A stretch of DNA of 61,168 bases, the filler included. It is 6 parts of 6 records of this genome, joined end to end, with 100 filler letters (N's around TTAATTAATTAA, not from the genome) between each part and the next. Parts side by side here need not be neighbours in the genome. Positions count along the whole stretch, not along the records: positions 41,189 to 48,755 come from SRR2962707_2293; positions 48,856 to 54,728 come from SRR2962707_2294; 4 more parts are not named here. One strand, 5' to 3'. Numbering within the stretch: position 1 is the first letter of the stretch; every line of letters begins with the position of its first letter. The notes beneath the pieces are model-generated. The model was given only the letters and a program-made list of their open reading frames with translations, was not told the DNA's origin and did not search any database. Of this stretch, positions 42,730 through 51,535 are shown piece after piece. The translations under genes were made by a program, and so were the position numbers.

Positions 42730-43917
42730 TCAGGCCCAGGCGCGACGAAGCACCGCCATGGCATCTTCGTGGCTCACTTCCCGGGGGTTGAACATGATCG
42801 AGCCGTCGTCCAGGGCCAGCTTGGCAATGCTTTCCAGCTGATTTTCCAGTACTTTGCCGGTTTCTTTCAACGTCCGGGGCAGTTCGCAGCGCTTGTAGAG
42901 GGCATCCCGCAGTTTTCGAATGGCTGAAATACTGGCCTCGGCACGTCGGCTCGCAGGGGTGGCGGAGTAGACGTCCGGACCTTCCAGGTACAGCAGCAAC
43001 TCGCCCAAAGGCTCCCGAATGCTCTCAAGGTTGAACTCAAGCACATAGGGCAGGTACAGGCTCATGCACAGTCCGTGGGGCAGGTGGCAGATGGCTCCGG
43101 TAGCATGTCCCAGAGAGTGGACCAGGCCCACCATGGAGTTGGAAAAGGCAATGCCCGCCATGGTTGACGCCTGAGCCAGTTCCAGTCGGCCATCACTGTC
43201 TTTCGGATTATCCATGACTGAAAGCAGGGATTGGCTCACCTTCTTGACTGCTGCCGTGGCGTACGCGTCGCTCAGGGGGTTTTTGGCCATGCAGGTGAAC
43301 GCTTCCGTAGCATGGGTGAGCGCGTCCATAGCGGTGGCCGCCGTAATGTGGGGCGGCAGGGTCAGGGTCATACGCGGGTCGATGATGGCGGCGTTAGGCA
43401 GCAGGAATGATGAGGTAAACGGAAGTTTTACGCCTTTTTTCTCATCGGTGATGACCGCCACCGAGGTTACCTCGGAACCGGTACCCGCCGTGGTGGGCAC
43501 AACAAAGAACGGCTTGAGCGGGTGCTTGAGAACACCGGCGCCACTGTATTTGGCGATATTATCGCCGCCTTCGGATACCAGAATATTGACCGCCTTGCCG
43601 GTATCAATGGCGGAGCCGCCGCCCACCGCAATGATCGAGTCGCATTTTTCCTTGCGGTAAACGCTGGCAATGTCTTTCACCACCGACGTGGAGGAATCCG
43701 GTGGCACATCATCGTAAATGGATACAATCTCCAGCCCGCTTTCTTCGCAGGCGGCAATTACCGGCTCGAGCAAGCCGGCCGCGCGCACCCCTTTATCCGT
43801 GACAATCATAGGCCGTTTGGCTGCCAGGCCAGTCAGTTCATAGGGAATGTGTTCCAGCGCGGCTTTACCGGCAATCACTTTTACCGGGCAGAAGAACTCG
43901 TAGTATTTGTTGGTCAT
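42730..43917 (-). CDS. Iron-containing alcohol dehydrogenase
   Basis: GGGSAID, PTTAGTGSE, DALTHA, HSLGH, HG. Confidence 0.95.
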   Translation of the reverse strand: MTNKYYEFFCPVKVIAGKAALEHIPYELTGLAAKRPMIVTDKGVRAAGLLEPVIAACEESGLEIVSIYDDVPPDSSTSVVKDIASVYRKEKCDSIIAVGGGSAIDTGKAVNILVSEGGDNIAKYSGAGVLKHPLKPFFVVPTTAGTGSEVTSVAVITDEKKGVKLPFTSSFLLPNAAIIDPRMTLTLPPHITAATAMDALTHATEAFTCMAKNPLSDAYATAAVKKVSQSLLSVMDNPKDSDGRLELAQASTMAGIAFSNSMVGLVHSLGHATGAICHLPHGLCMSLYLPYVLEFNLESIREPLGELLLYLEGPDVYSATPASRRAEASISAIRKLRDALYKRCELPRTLKETGKVLENQLESIAKLALDDGSIMFNPREVSHEDAMAVLRRAWA

Positions 43918-44471
43918 TATGCTCTCACTGTCTCGACGAATTGGGTGGCGACTTTCAGATAAATGCGGGCGGCACTGATGAGTTTTTCAGGCAGTTTGAT
44001 GGTTGCCGGATATTCTTTGACCGCCCTTTCGGCAATTAGTCGGGGCAGGATGAATGATTCCAGTCGGTTGAGAACCCGGGTCATCCGCACCGCGTAACTC
44101 ACATCCCCATCCACCAGCATGCGGTCGTTGGCAAAGGCAACGGAGGTCTTCTCCTGAAACGACAGTACCAGGAAGGCATGGGCGATATGCTTGAACTGGA
44201 TCGAGAGGTCAACGGGGCGTGGAGCCTCATCCCCGTGGAAGAGCAATTTACCGTTGCCGGTGTGCTCAACGATGAGTTTTGGCCCGTTGGGCATAACCTG
44301 CATCTCGAACAGGAAGCCCTCCGGCAGTTCGCAGGTTTCGTTTCGGGTGGCTTCATCCACCTCGCTGATTGCCTGCAGTGCGCGCCCCATCACCTGGAAC
44401 ATCAGCTCAACATAGCTGCGTCGTGCGTGGGACATCATTGGCTGAAGTCGTTTTACGATCATGGTCGCCAT
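43917..44471 (-). CDS. Hypothetical protein, SCP2-like fold suspected
   Basis: Translationally coupled to the ADH gene; DLSIQFK...AFANDRMLVDGD resembles an SCP2 C-terminus. Confidence 0.6.
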   Translation of the reverse strand: MATMIVKRLQPMMSHARRSYVELMFQVMGRALQAISEVDEATRNETCELPEGFLFEMQVMPNGPKLIVEHTGNGKLLFHGDEAPRPVDLSIQFKHIAHAFLVLSFQEKTSVAFANDRMLVDGDVSYAVRMTRVLNRLESFILPRLIAERAVKEYPATIKLPEKLISAARIYLKVATQFVETVRA

Positions 44472-44572
44472 CCGATTGTTGTTGGTTAATCTGATTTTTA
44501 GAGTTATTGCTCTAGAAGTCAATGCAATCGTTGACGCGGTTTTTGTGTCAGGTCAGCAAATGTGACAACCAT

Positions 44573-44607
44573 AAAAAAACCGGGCGTATTGGCGCCCGGC
44601 TTTTTTT
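44573..44607. terminator. Bidirectional intrinsic terminator
   Basis: A7-CCGGGCG-TATTGG-CGCCCGG-C-T7. Confidence 0.85.
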
Positions 44608-44621
44608 GACACTGCAAACAG

Positions 44622-45896
44622 CTATTCGTTGAGTTCGGCCAGCTTGCGCTGAGCTTCAGCCCCCACATCACCACCGGCCTCAGCGGCGGTGGAGTAATAG
44701 GCTGCTGCCTCCCTGCGTTGGCCCTGTTGCCGCGCGATATCACCTAGTCGGAGATAGGCAATGGAAGTGGGTACCACCTGATTGGCTTTCTCCAGATGGC
44801 TTTTTGCCTTGCCAAGGTTGTTCAGCTCCAGTTCGTTCAAACCGCTGTACAGCTGATACTGGAACATCTCCGGATAGAGTGACACGGCTTTGTCGAAATC
44901 GGCTTTGGCCTTCTCCGGTTGTTCCATGCCCCGATAGATTCGGCCGCGCAGCGCAAAGAACATGGCTTCTCGCGGTTCCAGCTTGATGGCCTTGTTTACC
45001 TGATCGAGAGCCGCTTCATACTTGCCTTCTGAGGCCAGCTTCATGGCTTCATCGTGAGCATCGTAGGCTGGCTGAAGTTCCTTGAGCTTGGCGATACGGC
45101 GCTGGTAAACGTCCCGGCCGCGATAACCGCCGGCACCGATCTTCTGAACCAGCTCCTGGTTTTCCTGAACCCGCTTGGCAGAGGGAGGGTGAGTGGCGAA
45201 CAGGCCATCCAGCCATCCGCTCTGACGGCCTTCCGATAGCTTCATAAACAGCTGTTGGAGCTCTACGGCGGCTTGTGGATCATAGCCGGCTTCTTTCATG
45301 TATCGGATACCGTAGGCATCGGATTCCAGTTCGTCTCCCTGGCTGTACTGGGCCAGCGCCAGCTGTGCACCCAGAGCTGCACCACCCATGATCAACCCGG
45401 CCCATTCATTATCGGAAAGGGCGAAGCCCAGTCCGGCCACCCCGGCGCTGATCAACATGCCCTGCTGCATCCGCTGCACGCTGTGGCGGGCTGCTGCATG
45501 AACAATCTCGTGGCCCAGCACCGATGCCAACTGGGCTTCATCCTCCAGCTCCACCAGCAGGCCGCGGTTGATGGCGATCTTGCCGCCGGGCAGGGCCCAG
45601 GCATTGGGCACGCTGTTATTGAGCACGACAAATTCATAAGGAAGGTCTGGCCGGTCACTCACGCGCGCCAGCTTCTGGCCCACATCACGCACATAAATGG
45701 AAAGTTCCGGGTCGATGTAGAAGCGGCCGCCCTGGGTCTGTTGTGTGGGTGTGTACTGTTCCGCTCCCAGTGCCAGCTCCTGGTTCTCTGAAATCAGAGA
45801 CAGCTGCTTCTCTCCGGTTACCGGGTTCACAGAACACCCACCCAGCCCTGTCAGTGTGAGGGCGATTGCCGCTATCGCGATATATCTGGTCAACAT
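44622..45896 (-). CDS. M48 family metalloprotease lipoprotein with TPR repeats
   Basis: Lipobox LGGC, NAWALPGG, HEIVH, ELESD, THP, C-terminal TPRs. Confidence 0.92.
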   Translation of the reverse strand: MLTRYIAIAAIALTLTGLGGCSVNPVTGEKQLSLISENQELALGAEQYTPTQQTQGGRFYIDPELSIYVRDVGQKLARVSDRPDLPYEFVVLNNSVPNAWALPGGKIAINRGLLVELEDEAQLASVLGHEIVHAAARHSVQRMQQGMLISAGVAGLGFALSDNEWAGLIMGGAALGAQLALAQYSQGDELESDAYGIRYMKEAGYDPQAAVELQQLFMKLSEGRQSGWLDGLFATHPPSAKRVQENQELVQKIGAGGYRGRDVYQRRIAKLKELQPAYDAHDEAMKLASEGKYEAALDQVNKAIKLEPREAMFFALRGRIYRGMEQPEKAKADFDKAVSLYPEMFQYQLYSGLNELELNNLGKAKSHLEKANQVVPTSIAYLRLGDIARQQGQRREAAAYYSTAAEAGGDVGAEAQRKLAELNE

Positions 45897-46063
45897 TCCG
45901 GGTCTCACTTATGTCTCCTTAACGTTGGGGTAAGTTTATAGCACAGACCGGTTTCCGACGTCGGCACCGCCCGACAGACAGTGGTCGGCGCGCTCCCCTT
46001 GGCGTATCATAACGGAAGTTTTCGCCCTATTTATCTCCCCAATCCAGGCTTTTTAACCACCCA

Positions 46064-46804
46064 ATGAGCTACTATCTGGAATTTCTGGCACTGATCTGGT
46101 TTTTTGTCTGCTGGGGAGGGTACACCTGGTATTCGCGCAATCGCGCCAACTCTCGCTCGTGTCTGTCGAACACCCTGGATTTATACCGCGAAGACTGGAT
46201 GCGGGTCATGCTCAAGCGTGAAAACCGTATTTCAGACGCCTCGGTTGTCGGTAACCTGGAACGCAACGGAGCGTTTTTTGCGTCCAGCTGTCTGCTGATT
46301 CTCGCCGGTATTATCACCGCCCTCGGCTACACCAGCGAGGCTATGGAAATTTTTGCCACCATGCCATTTTCCGCTGTGCCCAGTCGTGAAATCTGGGAAT
46401 TGCGATTGGTGGTGTTGCTGGTGGTCTTTATTTACGCGTTTTTCAAGTTCACCTGGTCCATGAGAATGTACAATTTCGTGGCCGTCATGATTGGCAGTGC
46501 GCCGCTACCAGACGACAGCAAGACCAGTCCGGCAGCGCGAGAGGCCTTTGCCCGCAGCGCCGGCAACATCTGTAACCTGGCCGGCGACGCGTTTAACCTT
46601 GGCTTGCGTTCTTACTACTATGCCCTGGCTGTGGTGGCCTGGTTCATTCATCCGGTGGCCTTTATGGCTGCCTCAACGCTGGTGGTGTACGTACTCTACC
46701 GCCGGGAATTCCACTCAGATGCATTATCCGCCCTGCGCGACGGCAAGGTCTTCGAAGAAGCCATACCCGCCCGTGCCGATGCGGACGTAAAATCCAAGAA
46801 CTGA
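46064..46804 (+). CDS. DUF599 family membrane protein
   Basis: R..WM, FFASS, YAFFKFTWS.R.YN, FNLGLRSYYY. Confidence 0.88.
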   Translation: MSYYLEFLALIWFFVCWGGYTWYSRNRANSRSCLSNTLDLYREDWMRVMLKRENRISDASVVGNLERNGAFFASSCLLILAGIITALGYTSEAMEIFATMPFSAVPSREIWELRLVVLLVVFIYAFFKFTWSMRMYNFVAVMIGSAPLPDDSKTSPAAREAFARSAGNICNLAGDAFNLGLRSYYYALAVVAWFIHPVAFMAASTLVVYVLYRREFHSDALSALRDGKVFEEAIPARADADVKSKN

Positions 46805-46822
46805 TCTGCAGGACAGTCCTGA

Positions 46823-47293
46823 ATGAATGATGAAACCCGAATAAACCGGGTTAACCGGTTTATCAGTACGCTCAACCAGGCAAGGGAACTGGGTCTGAAC
46901 GCAACGGAGGCGGGTGAAGGCTATCTGGTTATGGAGCTGCCTTACAGCGACAGGATTATTGGCAACCCGGACACTGGAGTTATCCATGGTGGCGCTATCA
47001 CGACCCTGATGGACACCGCCTCCGGCTCGGTAATGATCTGTGGTCTGGACGAATTTGAGCTGTGTCCGACCCTGGATCTCAGAGTGGATTACATGCGCCC
47101 GGCGGAGCCCCGGAAGCCGGTGTACGCGAGGGCAGAGACCTACAAGATCACCCGTAACATCATCTTTACGCGCTGCGAGGCCTATCAGGAGGGGGGTGAA
47201 ACCATCGCCAATTGCGTGGGCACCTTCATGCGCATTGGCAAAGAAGCCACGCCGAAATCCTATCGCGACCTGATCACCGGAGGTGAGGAATGA
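46823..47293 (+). CDS. PaaI family thioesterase
   Basis: GNPDTGVIHGG.ITTLMD, TLDLRVDYMRPA. Confidence 0.92.
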   Translation: MNDETRINRVNRFISTLNQARELGLNATEAGEGYLVMELPYSDRIIGNPDTGVIHGGAITTLMDTASGSVMICGLDEFELCPTLDLRVDYMRPAEPRKPVYARAETYKITRNIIFTRCEAYQEGGETIANCVGTFMRIGKEATPKSYRDLITGGEE

Positions 47294-47724
47294 CCGACCC
47301 GGAAATTCTGCGCTACACCCAGGAAACCGGCGACTTCTCGCGCATGATGGAGAGTATCCCGTACGCCAGCTGGATTGGCCTGCAGTGCGACCGATTTGGT
47401 GATGACCTGATCTTCCGCCTGCCCGCAAAGGAAGAGAACCTGGGCAATCCGATCCTGCCTGCCATTCATGGCGGTGTGATTGGTGGTTTTATGGAAATGT
47501 CTGCGGCTATTTATCTGATTATGTCCCAGGACACCTTCCGCATGCCCCGAATTGTCGATTTCTCCCTCGACTATCTTCGGGCCGGCCTGAACCGGGAAAC
47601 GTACGCCGAGTGCCGGCTTACCCGCCAGGGTAACCGCGTGGCCAATGTGATGATCTCCGCCTGGCAGAAGTCTCGCTCCCAGCCCATCGCTACCGCCCGC
47701 GCTCACTTCCTGCTCGAAGACTGA
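47290..47724 (+). CDS. PaaI family thioesterase
   Basis: GNPILPAIHGG, DYLR; ATGA coupling to the upstream gene. Confidence 0.92.
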   Translation: MTDPEILRYTQETGDFSRMMESIPYASWIGLQCDRFGDDLIFRLPAKEENLGNPILPAIHGGVIGGFMEMSAAIYLIMSQDTFRMPRIVDFSLDYLRAGLNRETYAECRLTRQGNRVANVMISAWQKSRSQPIATARAHFLLED

Positions 47725-47743
47725 TTTTGGGTGCTCGCCGGGG

Positions 47744-47770
47744 TTGAAATACTCCGGCCAACCCCCACTC
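47744..47770 (+). promoter_or_regulatory. Sigma-32 (RpoH) promoter of htpG
   Basis: TTGAAA-13 nt-CCCCACTC upstream of a heat-shock gene. Confidence 0.8.
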
Positions 47771-47825
47771 TCTTGCTCATAAAACTGTTTCTTTATTTGT
47801 GACACAGCAGGAGACCAAACCAGCC

Positions 47826-48755
47826 ATGACGGTAGAAGCCAACAAAGAGACCCTGGGATTCCAGACTGAAGTGAAGCAACTGCTTCACCTGATGATCCAC
47901 TCTCTGTACTCGAACAAAGAGATCTTCCTTCGTGAGCTTATCTCTAACGCCTCAGACGCCGAAGACAAACTGCGCTTCGCTGCCCTGAAAGACGACAAGC
48001 TGTTTGAAGGCGATTCGGATCTCAAGATTCGCCTGGATTACGATAAAGATGCCGGCACCATCACCATCGCCGACAACGGCATCGGTATGACCCGTGACGA
48101 TGTGATCGCCAACCTGGGCACCATCGCCAAGTCCGGCACCGCCGAGTTCCTCAAGCAACTGTCTGGCGACGAGAAAAAAGACAGCAAGCTGATCGGTCAG
48201 TTCGGTGTTGGTTTCTACTCCGCGTTCATCGTGGCGGACAAAGTGGAAGTATTCACCCGCAAGGCGGGCGAGCCTGCCGACAACGGCGTGCACTGGGAAT
48301 CCAAGGGCGATGGCGAGTTCACCATCGAGCCGGCGACTCGTGAGCAGCGTGGTACCGAAATCGTGCTGCACCTGAAATCCGAGGATAAAGAGTTTGCCGA
48401 TGGCTGGAAGCTGCGCAGCCTGGTGAAGAAGTACTCTGACCACATCTCATTCCCGGTGGTAATGAAGTCCGAATCGGAAGAAGAGGACAAGAAGGGCGAA
48501 GAAGAGACGGTAAACGATGCCACCGCCCTGTGGACATTGCCTCGTACTGAGATCAAAGACGAAGAGTACAAGGAGTTCTACAAACACATCGCCCACGATT
48601 TTGAAGACCCGCTGACCTGGTCCCACAATAAGGTAGAAGGCAAGCTGGACTACACCAGCCTGCTGTACATCCCCAAGCGCGCGCCGTTCGACCTGTACAA
48701 CCGGGAAGCGCCCCGTGGCCTGAAACTGTACGTGCAGCGCGTGTTCATCATGGAC
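47826..48755 (+). CDS. htpG: Chaperone HtpG (Hsp90), 3' truncated
   Basis: [55 protein letters not shown]. Confidence 0.98.
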
Positions 48756-48855
48756 NNNNNNNNNNNNNNNNNNNNNNNNNNNNNNNNNNNNNNNNNNNNT
48801 TAATTAATTAANNNNNNNNNNNNNNNNNNNNNNNNNNNNNNNNNNNNNNNNNNNN
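48756..48855. other. Artificial contig-joining spacer
   Basis: N / TTAATTAATTAA / N. Confidence 0.99.
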
Positions 48856-48864
48856 GGTCGTCAT
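48856..48864 (-). CDS. First three codons (MTT) of a truncated, presumably SAM-regulated gene
   Basis: ATG at 48864 with AGGAG RBS, downstream of the SAM-II riboswitch. Confidence 0.55.
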
Positions 48865-48906
48865 CGTCTTGCTCCTACATGCCCGCATATGGTGTGTTGC
48901 GGGCAC

Positions 48907-48940
48907 AAAAAAACCCTGACCGGCATGAATTGGGTCAGGG
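48907..48940 (-). terminator. Intrinsic terminator in riboswitch leader
   Basis: Minus strand CCCTGACC-11 nt-GGTCAGGG-TTTTTTT. Confidence 0.85.
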
Positions 48941-48954
48941 CCGAAGCCTTCTTT

Positions 48955-49008
48955 CCCCTCTTTAGCGATTTTTTACGTGGCCGCAAGCCGGTCGACAAAT
49001 CCCACGAT
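48955..49008 (-). promoter_or_regulatory. SAM-II (SAM-alpha) riboswitch
   Basis: Minus strand CGTGGGATTTGTCGACCGGCTTGCGGCCACGTAAAAAATCGCTAAAGAGG: P1 CGTGG/CCACG, GATTT, TTGC and the conserved 3' GCTAAA. Confidence 0.85.
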
Positions 49009-49014
49009 TGGCAG

Positions 49015-49043
49015 ACGATACGTCCAGTTTTCTGTGACGTCAA
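49015..49043 (-). promoter_or_regulatory. Sigma70-type promoter for the riboswitch leader
   Basis: TTGACG-17 nt-TATCGT ending about 8 nt before the aptamer. Confidence 0.65.
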
Positions 49044-49241
49044 GCATCTCCCAATCAGGAATTTGGTTCCAATCATCGCTGAACATGCCTCTCGTCTGAT
49101 TTCACATCCTCACGCAATGGTGAAAGCAGTTCATAAGCATCTTTGGAAATTTCGCTCTAATCTTCGGGCAATTAATGCAATCCTGTTTATCGGGATCTGC
49201 TCTTCGTTCCATCTAAAAGCCCATGCAAGAGCATAAAATCA

Positions 49242-50036
49242 ATGACAAAGACCAGTTCAATGGCGTCAGAAGTGCCCAATCAGGAAACAGAGATCAGTCC
49301 GAAATCCCCGACTGCGACAAAACCACTTTGGCGCAGACTTTTACCGTTGGTGGTGCTGGTTCTCGGCTTGGTCATTGCTTGGGTAAGTGGCGTTCTTGAT
49401 CTGTTGTCTTTTGACACGTTGCGCGAAAACCGCGACGTCTTGCAAAGCTATGTCGCCGAGAATCCGGCAATAAGCGTTCTGGTTTTTTGCACGATTTATA
49501 CGTTTTCCGTCGCCTTATCGCTGCCGATTGGTGCGGTTCTGACCATATCGGGCGGCTTTATGTTTGGCGTGTGGCTTGGCACGACCTATGTCGTCATCGC
49601 AGCAACACTTGGTGCTGTGATCATTTATCTCGCAGCCCGCTATGCTTTTTACGATCTGATGCATGCCAAGGCCGGCAATGCCATTAGGAAGATGGAAGAA
49701 GGCTTTTCCGAAAACGCCTTTAGCTATCTGATGGTTTTGCGCCTGATCCCGATTTTCCCATTCTGGTTGGTCAATCTCGTCCCGGCCTTGCTGGGTGTTA
49801 AGCTCCGATCTTTTGTCTTTGGCACCATGCTTGGCATCATTCCCGGAACATTTGTTTTTGCCTCTATCGGAGATGGTTTGGGTGCCTTGTTTGATCAGGG
49901 GAAGACACCCGATCTTGGCATCATTTTCGAACCCCGCATCCTGACCCCGATCATCGGGCTTGCCGTATTGGCATTGCTGCCGGTTGCCTATAAAAAGCTG
50001 CGCAAGGTAAAAAATGGGGGCTCGCTTGATGCCTAA
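49242..50036 (+). CDS. TVP38/TMEM64 (DedA/SNARE-associated) membrane protein
   Basis: LSLP.G..LT..GG.MFG, ATLGA, LRLIPIFPF..VN, GIIPGT. Confidence 0.92.
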   Translation: MTKTSSMASEVPNQETEISPKSPTATKPLWRRLLPLVVLVLGLVIAWVSGVLDLLSFDTLRENRDVLQSYVAENPAISVLVFCTIYTFSVALSLPIGAVLTISGGFMFGVWLGTTYVVIAATLGAVIIYLAARYAFYDLMHAKAGNAIRKMEEGFSENAFSYLMVLRLIPIFPFWLVNLVPALLGVKLRSFVFGTMLGIIPGTFVFASIGDGLGALFDQGKTPDLGIIFEPRILTPIIGLAVLALLPVAYKKLRKVKNGGSLDA

Positions 50037-51456
50037 GACCATCAAGACGGATATTTGCGTCATTGGCGCGGGATCGGGGGGGCTTTCCGTTGCTGCCGGC
50101 GCTGTGCAAATGGGGGCTGATGTTGTCCTGATCGAAAAGGGCAAAATGGGTGGTGATTGCCTTAATACCGGCTGCGTTCCATCCAAGGCATTGCTGGCAG
50201 CCGGGCATGCGGCTGAAAATGCCCGCACAGCAGAACAATTTGGTGTTTTTACAAACCCGGTCGAAGTCGATTTCTCCAAGGCAATCGATCACGTTCATTC
50301 CGTCATTGCGGGCATTGCGCCACATGATTCGGTTGAACGTTTCGAAGAACTTGGATGCACCGTCATTCAAGCAGAAGCGCAATTTACATCCCCAACAGAA
50401 GTTATTGCCGGGGATACCATCATTCATGCCAAACGGTTCGTCATTGCAACGGGATCACGTGCAGCAGTTCCGCCGATTCCGGGGCTGGAAAATGTCGGTT
50501 ATTTCACCAATGAGACCATTTTTGAAAACCGCGTCTGCCCGGATCATTTGATCATTATTGGTGGCGGTCCGATCGGCCTGGAAATGGCGCAGGCACATCA
50601 AAAACTCGGCGCGAGAGTCACCGTGATCGAGATGATGAGCATCCTGCCAAAAGATGATCCGGACATGGTCGAGGTCGTGCGTGAAAACATCACGGCGGAC
50701 GGCATCACACTTTATGAGCAAACCAAAACCAAAGAAGTCCACAAGGTTGGCGATCAAGTTCACGTCGTGGTCGAGCATAATGGCATCGAAATCACCCTTG
50801 AAGGCAGCCACCTTTTGCTGGCCACCGGGCGCAAAGCCAATGTCGAAAACCTTGGCCTTGATAAAGCCGGTGTGAAATATAACGGGAGCGGGATTGCCGT
50901 CGATACGCGCTTACGCACGTCAAACCAAAAAATCTTTGCCATTGGTGATGTCACAGGCGGTCTGCAATTTACCCATATGGCGGGCTATGACGCGGGTATC
51001 GTTATTCGCAATGCGCTGTTCCGCCTGCCTTCCAAGGTTAATCACACAGCCGTTCCATGGGTGACATATACCAATCCGGAACTGGCACAGGTCGGCATGA
51101 ACGAGGCCACAGCCCGCCGCGAAATTGGCGAGGATATCCGTGTTGTGAAATGGGATTACGCCGAAAATGACCGTGCCCGTGCAGAGGGTGACACAACAGG
51201 CTTCATCAAGGTCATCACGACCAAAAAGGGCCGTATTCTGGGTGCCGGGATTGTCGGGCGTCAGGCGGGTGAATTGATCGGTGTCTGGGCCCTGGCCATT
51301 TCCAAGAAAATGAAAATCGGCGCGATTGCCGGAATGATCATGCCATATCCAACCTTGGGCGAGATTTCCAAACGTGCCGCCGGGGCGTGGTATACGCCCA
51401 GCCTGTTTAGCGACAAGACCCGTAAACTTGTCCGGTTCCTGTTGAAATTCGCATAA
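50029..51456 (+). CDS. Pyridine nucleotide-disulfide oxidoreductase (LpdA/MerA-like)
   Basis: GAGSGG, GGDCLNTGCVPSK, GGGPIG.E, AIGDV, PYPTLGE; no C-terminal CC pair. Confidence 0.9.
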   Translation: MPKTIKTDICVIGAGSGGLSVAAGAVQMGADVVLIEKGKMGGDCLNTGCVPSKALLAAGHAAENARTAEQFGVFTNPVEVDFSKAIDHVHSVIAGIAPHDSVERFEELGCTVIQAEAQFTSPTEVIAGDTIIHAKRFVIATGSRAAVPPIPGLENVGYFTNETIFENRVCPDHLIIIGGGPIGLEMAQAHQKLGARVTVIEMMSILPKDDPDMVEVVRENITADGITLYEQTKTKEVHKVGDQVHVVVEHNGIEITLEGSHLLLATGRKANVENLGLDKAGVKYNGSGIAVDTRLRTSNQKIFAIGDVTGGLQFTHMAGYDAGIVIRNALFRLPSKVNHTAVPWVTYTNPELAQVGMNEATARREIGEDIRVVKWDYAENDRARAEGDTTGFIKVITTKKGRILGAGIVGRQAGELIGVWALAISKKMKIGAIAGMIMPYPTLGEISKRAAGAWYTPSLFSDKTRKLVRFLLKFA

Positions 51457-51535
51457 AGCCGCTTGCCCCAAATCCATAAGCAATCAAGCATCTGTGAAGC
51501 TGTACTTTTTTGATGGTCTCTGACTAACATTACCG

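Noticed and set aside
46823-48755. Tandem PaaI thioesterases next to htpG as a novel system
   Set aside because: From recall this arrangement is common in Pseudomonas/Marinobacter-type genomes, and htpG has its own sigma32 promoter.
50029-51456. Mercuric reductase merA / mercury resistance locus
   Set aside because: No C-terminal Cys-Cys, no NmerA domain and no merR/T/P nearby.
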